From Thecamonas trahens ATCC 50062 (taxonomy: Eukaryota > Protista > Apusomonadida): DNA of 64,000 nucleotides. Below the pieces are notes generated by a model. That model searched no databases. It was not told the origin of the DNA and saw only the letters and a list, made by a program, of their open reading frames with translations. This document shows positions 62,771 through 64,000 of this stretch, in pieces. A program made the position numbers and the translations under genes. Within the stretch, counting starts at the first letter, position 1, and every line of letters starts with the position of its first letter. The stretch is from NCBI RefSeq assembly GCF_000142905.1, contig NW_013657646.1, forward strand, positions 124,001 to 188,000, read 5' to 3'.

Positions 62771-64000
62771 TTACGCGTTCATCTTGGCCACGATCCGCTT
62801 GCCATACTGCGAGGCCTGCAGCTCGTCGGCGACGGCGCGGAGAGCCGAGACGAGAGCCGCGCGCATCTTGCCGCGCATGACCGAGAGAGCGGTCTGGATA
62901 ACATAGTTGCCATACGAGTCGTGGATGAGGGTGGTGAGTGTGGAGCCGGAGACGAGGCCGGCCATGAGGTTGGCACGGCCGCGGTGCGAGGTGGCCTTGA
63001 GCGACTTTTCGATGACGTTGGAGGCAAACTTGCGTGTGGCTAGGTCTGCGACGGCCGGCTGGAGGCGGGCGGCGATGGCGTCTGCGAGACGCTGCTCGCC
63101 CGAATCGAGGACGTACTGGACAACGTAGTTGCCATACGGGTCATTGGCGAGAGCAAGGGTAGCGTCGATGACGGCGGCGGCGAGTGAGGTCCGCAGCTCG
63201 GGCGTGCCGTAGTCGAGCGAGCGCTGGATGACACAGCAGCCATGGCGATGCCGGCCGACGTGCAGCAGGTGTGTGTGTGCGGCGGCGTGGACCCATGCCG
63301 AGTCGGGGTGCGGAAAGTGCGAGAGCACGCGCTGCAGCACGTGGTTGCCGTGCGGCGAAGTCATGAGGTCGACCACGACGCTCTCAAAGGAGGCGCGGAG
63401 CAGGTCGATCTCCTCGCGGGTTGTTGCCGTCTCAACCATCTTCTGCACAGTCCGCGTCCCGTGCGTCTCCATGGCGCAGCGGGCAAGCGCGCCGCGGGTG
63501 GCACGCATGAGGCGAAGGCGGATAGCCGGCTCGGCCAGCTCGAGCACCTTTTGGCAGAGGTAGTTGCCGGCGGGATGGCCCATGAGCTCCGGAAACTCGG
63601 GCTCGACCATGGGCAGCAGAATGGCAAGGCCCGGGGAACCTGAGGCCTCAAGCACCTGCTGCAGGGTCTTGCAGCCGACAATATCGCGCGAGAGCTGTGC
63701 GATCTTACCGGGCTCGCTGGCGAGGGTGCGGAGGGCGGCAAGCGGCGCCGAGTCGGAACCGGCGAGCACGGCATCGTGCGCAAACATGCACTGGTTGCCC
63801 CACTTGCAGTTGCCACGGGCAAAGAAACGACACGGCCGCGAGGTCTGCTGGTCGAGCTCCTGCTGCTCACGGTCCTGCTCGCGATCCTGCTCCTGCTGCT
63901 GGGCCTGGAGCTGGGCGAGCCGCTGCTGCTGCTGCATCTGGAGCTTGGCCATCGAGTTGTCAAAGACGACCTGGGCCTGGGCCTGGGCGTGTGCTTGCGC
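62771..64000 (-). CDS. Pumilio (PUF) protein with CCCH zinc finger, 5' end beyond window
   Basis: CRFFARGNCKWGNQCMFAH (C-x7-C-x5-C-x3-H) followed by eight PUF repeats. Confidence 0.92.
   Translation of the reverse strand, partial: AQAHAQAQAQVVFDNSMAKLQMQQQQRLAQLQAQQQEQDREQDREQQELDQQTSRPCRFFARGNCKWGNQCMFAHDAVLAGSDSAPLAALRTLASEPGKIAQLSRDIVGCKTLQQVLEASGSPGLAILLPMVEPEFPELMGHPAGNYLCQKVLELAEPAIRLRLMRATRGALARCAMETHGTRTVQKMVETATTREEIDLLRASFESVVVDLMTSPHGNHVLQRVLSHFPHPDSAWVHAAAHTHLLHVGRHRHGCCVIQRSLDYGTPELRTSLAAAVIDATLALANDPYGNYVVQYVLDSGEQRLADAIAARLQPAVADLATRKFASNVIEKSLKATSHRGRANLMAGLVSGSTLTTLIHDSYGNYVIQTALSVMRGKMRAALVSALRAVADELQASQYGKRIVAKMNA

Overview
Gene-dense, GC-rich, intron-poor eukaryotic genomic DNA from a flagellated protist. 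It carries KAP3, kinesin-8, a NEK kinase, two myosins, EPC1, POLR3H and intron-containing tRNAs; the style is consistent with an apusomonad such as Thecamonas, but that is inference. The window holds about 30 protein-coding genes, two tRNA genes, two N gaps and five small indels that break otherwise intact ORFs (probably sequencing errors). Most notable: (1) a tyrosine-recombinase-like protein fused to a Myb/SANT domain, possibly a domesticated Crypton-like gene; (2) a type-I membrane protein whose intact CX5R dual-specificity phosphatase domain is predicted to be extracellular or luminal; (3) a myosin with two CAP-Gly microtubule-binding domains within a myosin/kinesin-3/myosin/kinesin-8/KAP3 neighbourhood; (4) a tRNA-Arg(TCT) with an apparent 5-nt intron; (5) a ~230-nt highly base-paired intergenic element, a candidate unassigned ncRNA, just downstream of a bacterial-type DUF4287/DUF5655 gene; (6) an FxFG-RanBD gene whose ATG appears split by an intron. 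All family calls come from motif recognition by eye; no searches were run.
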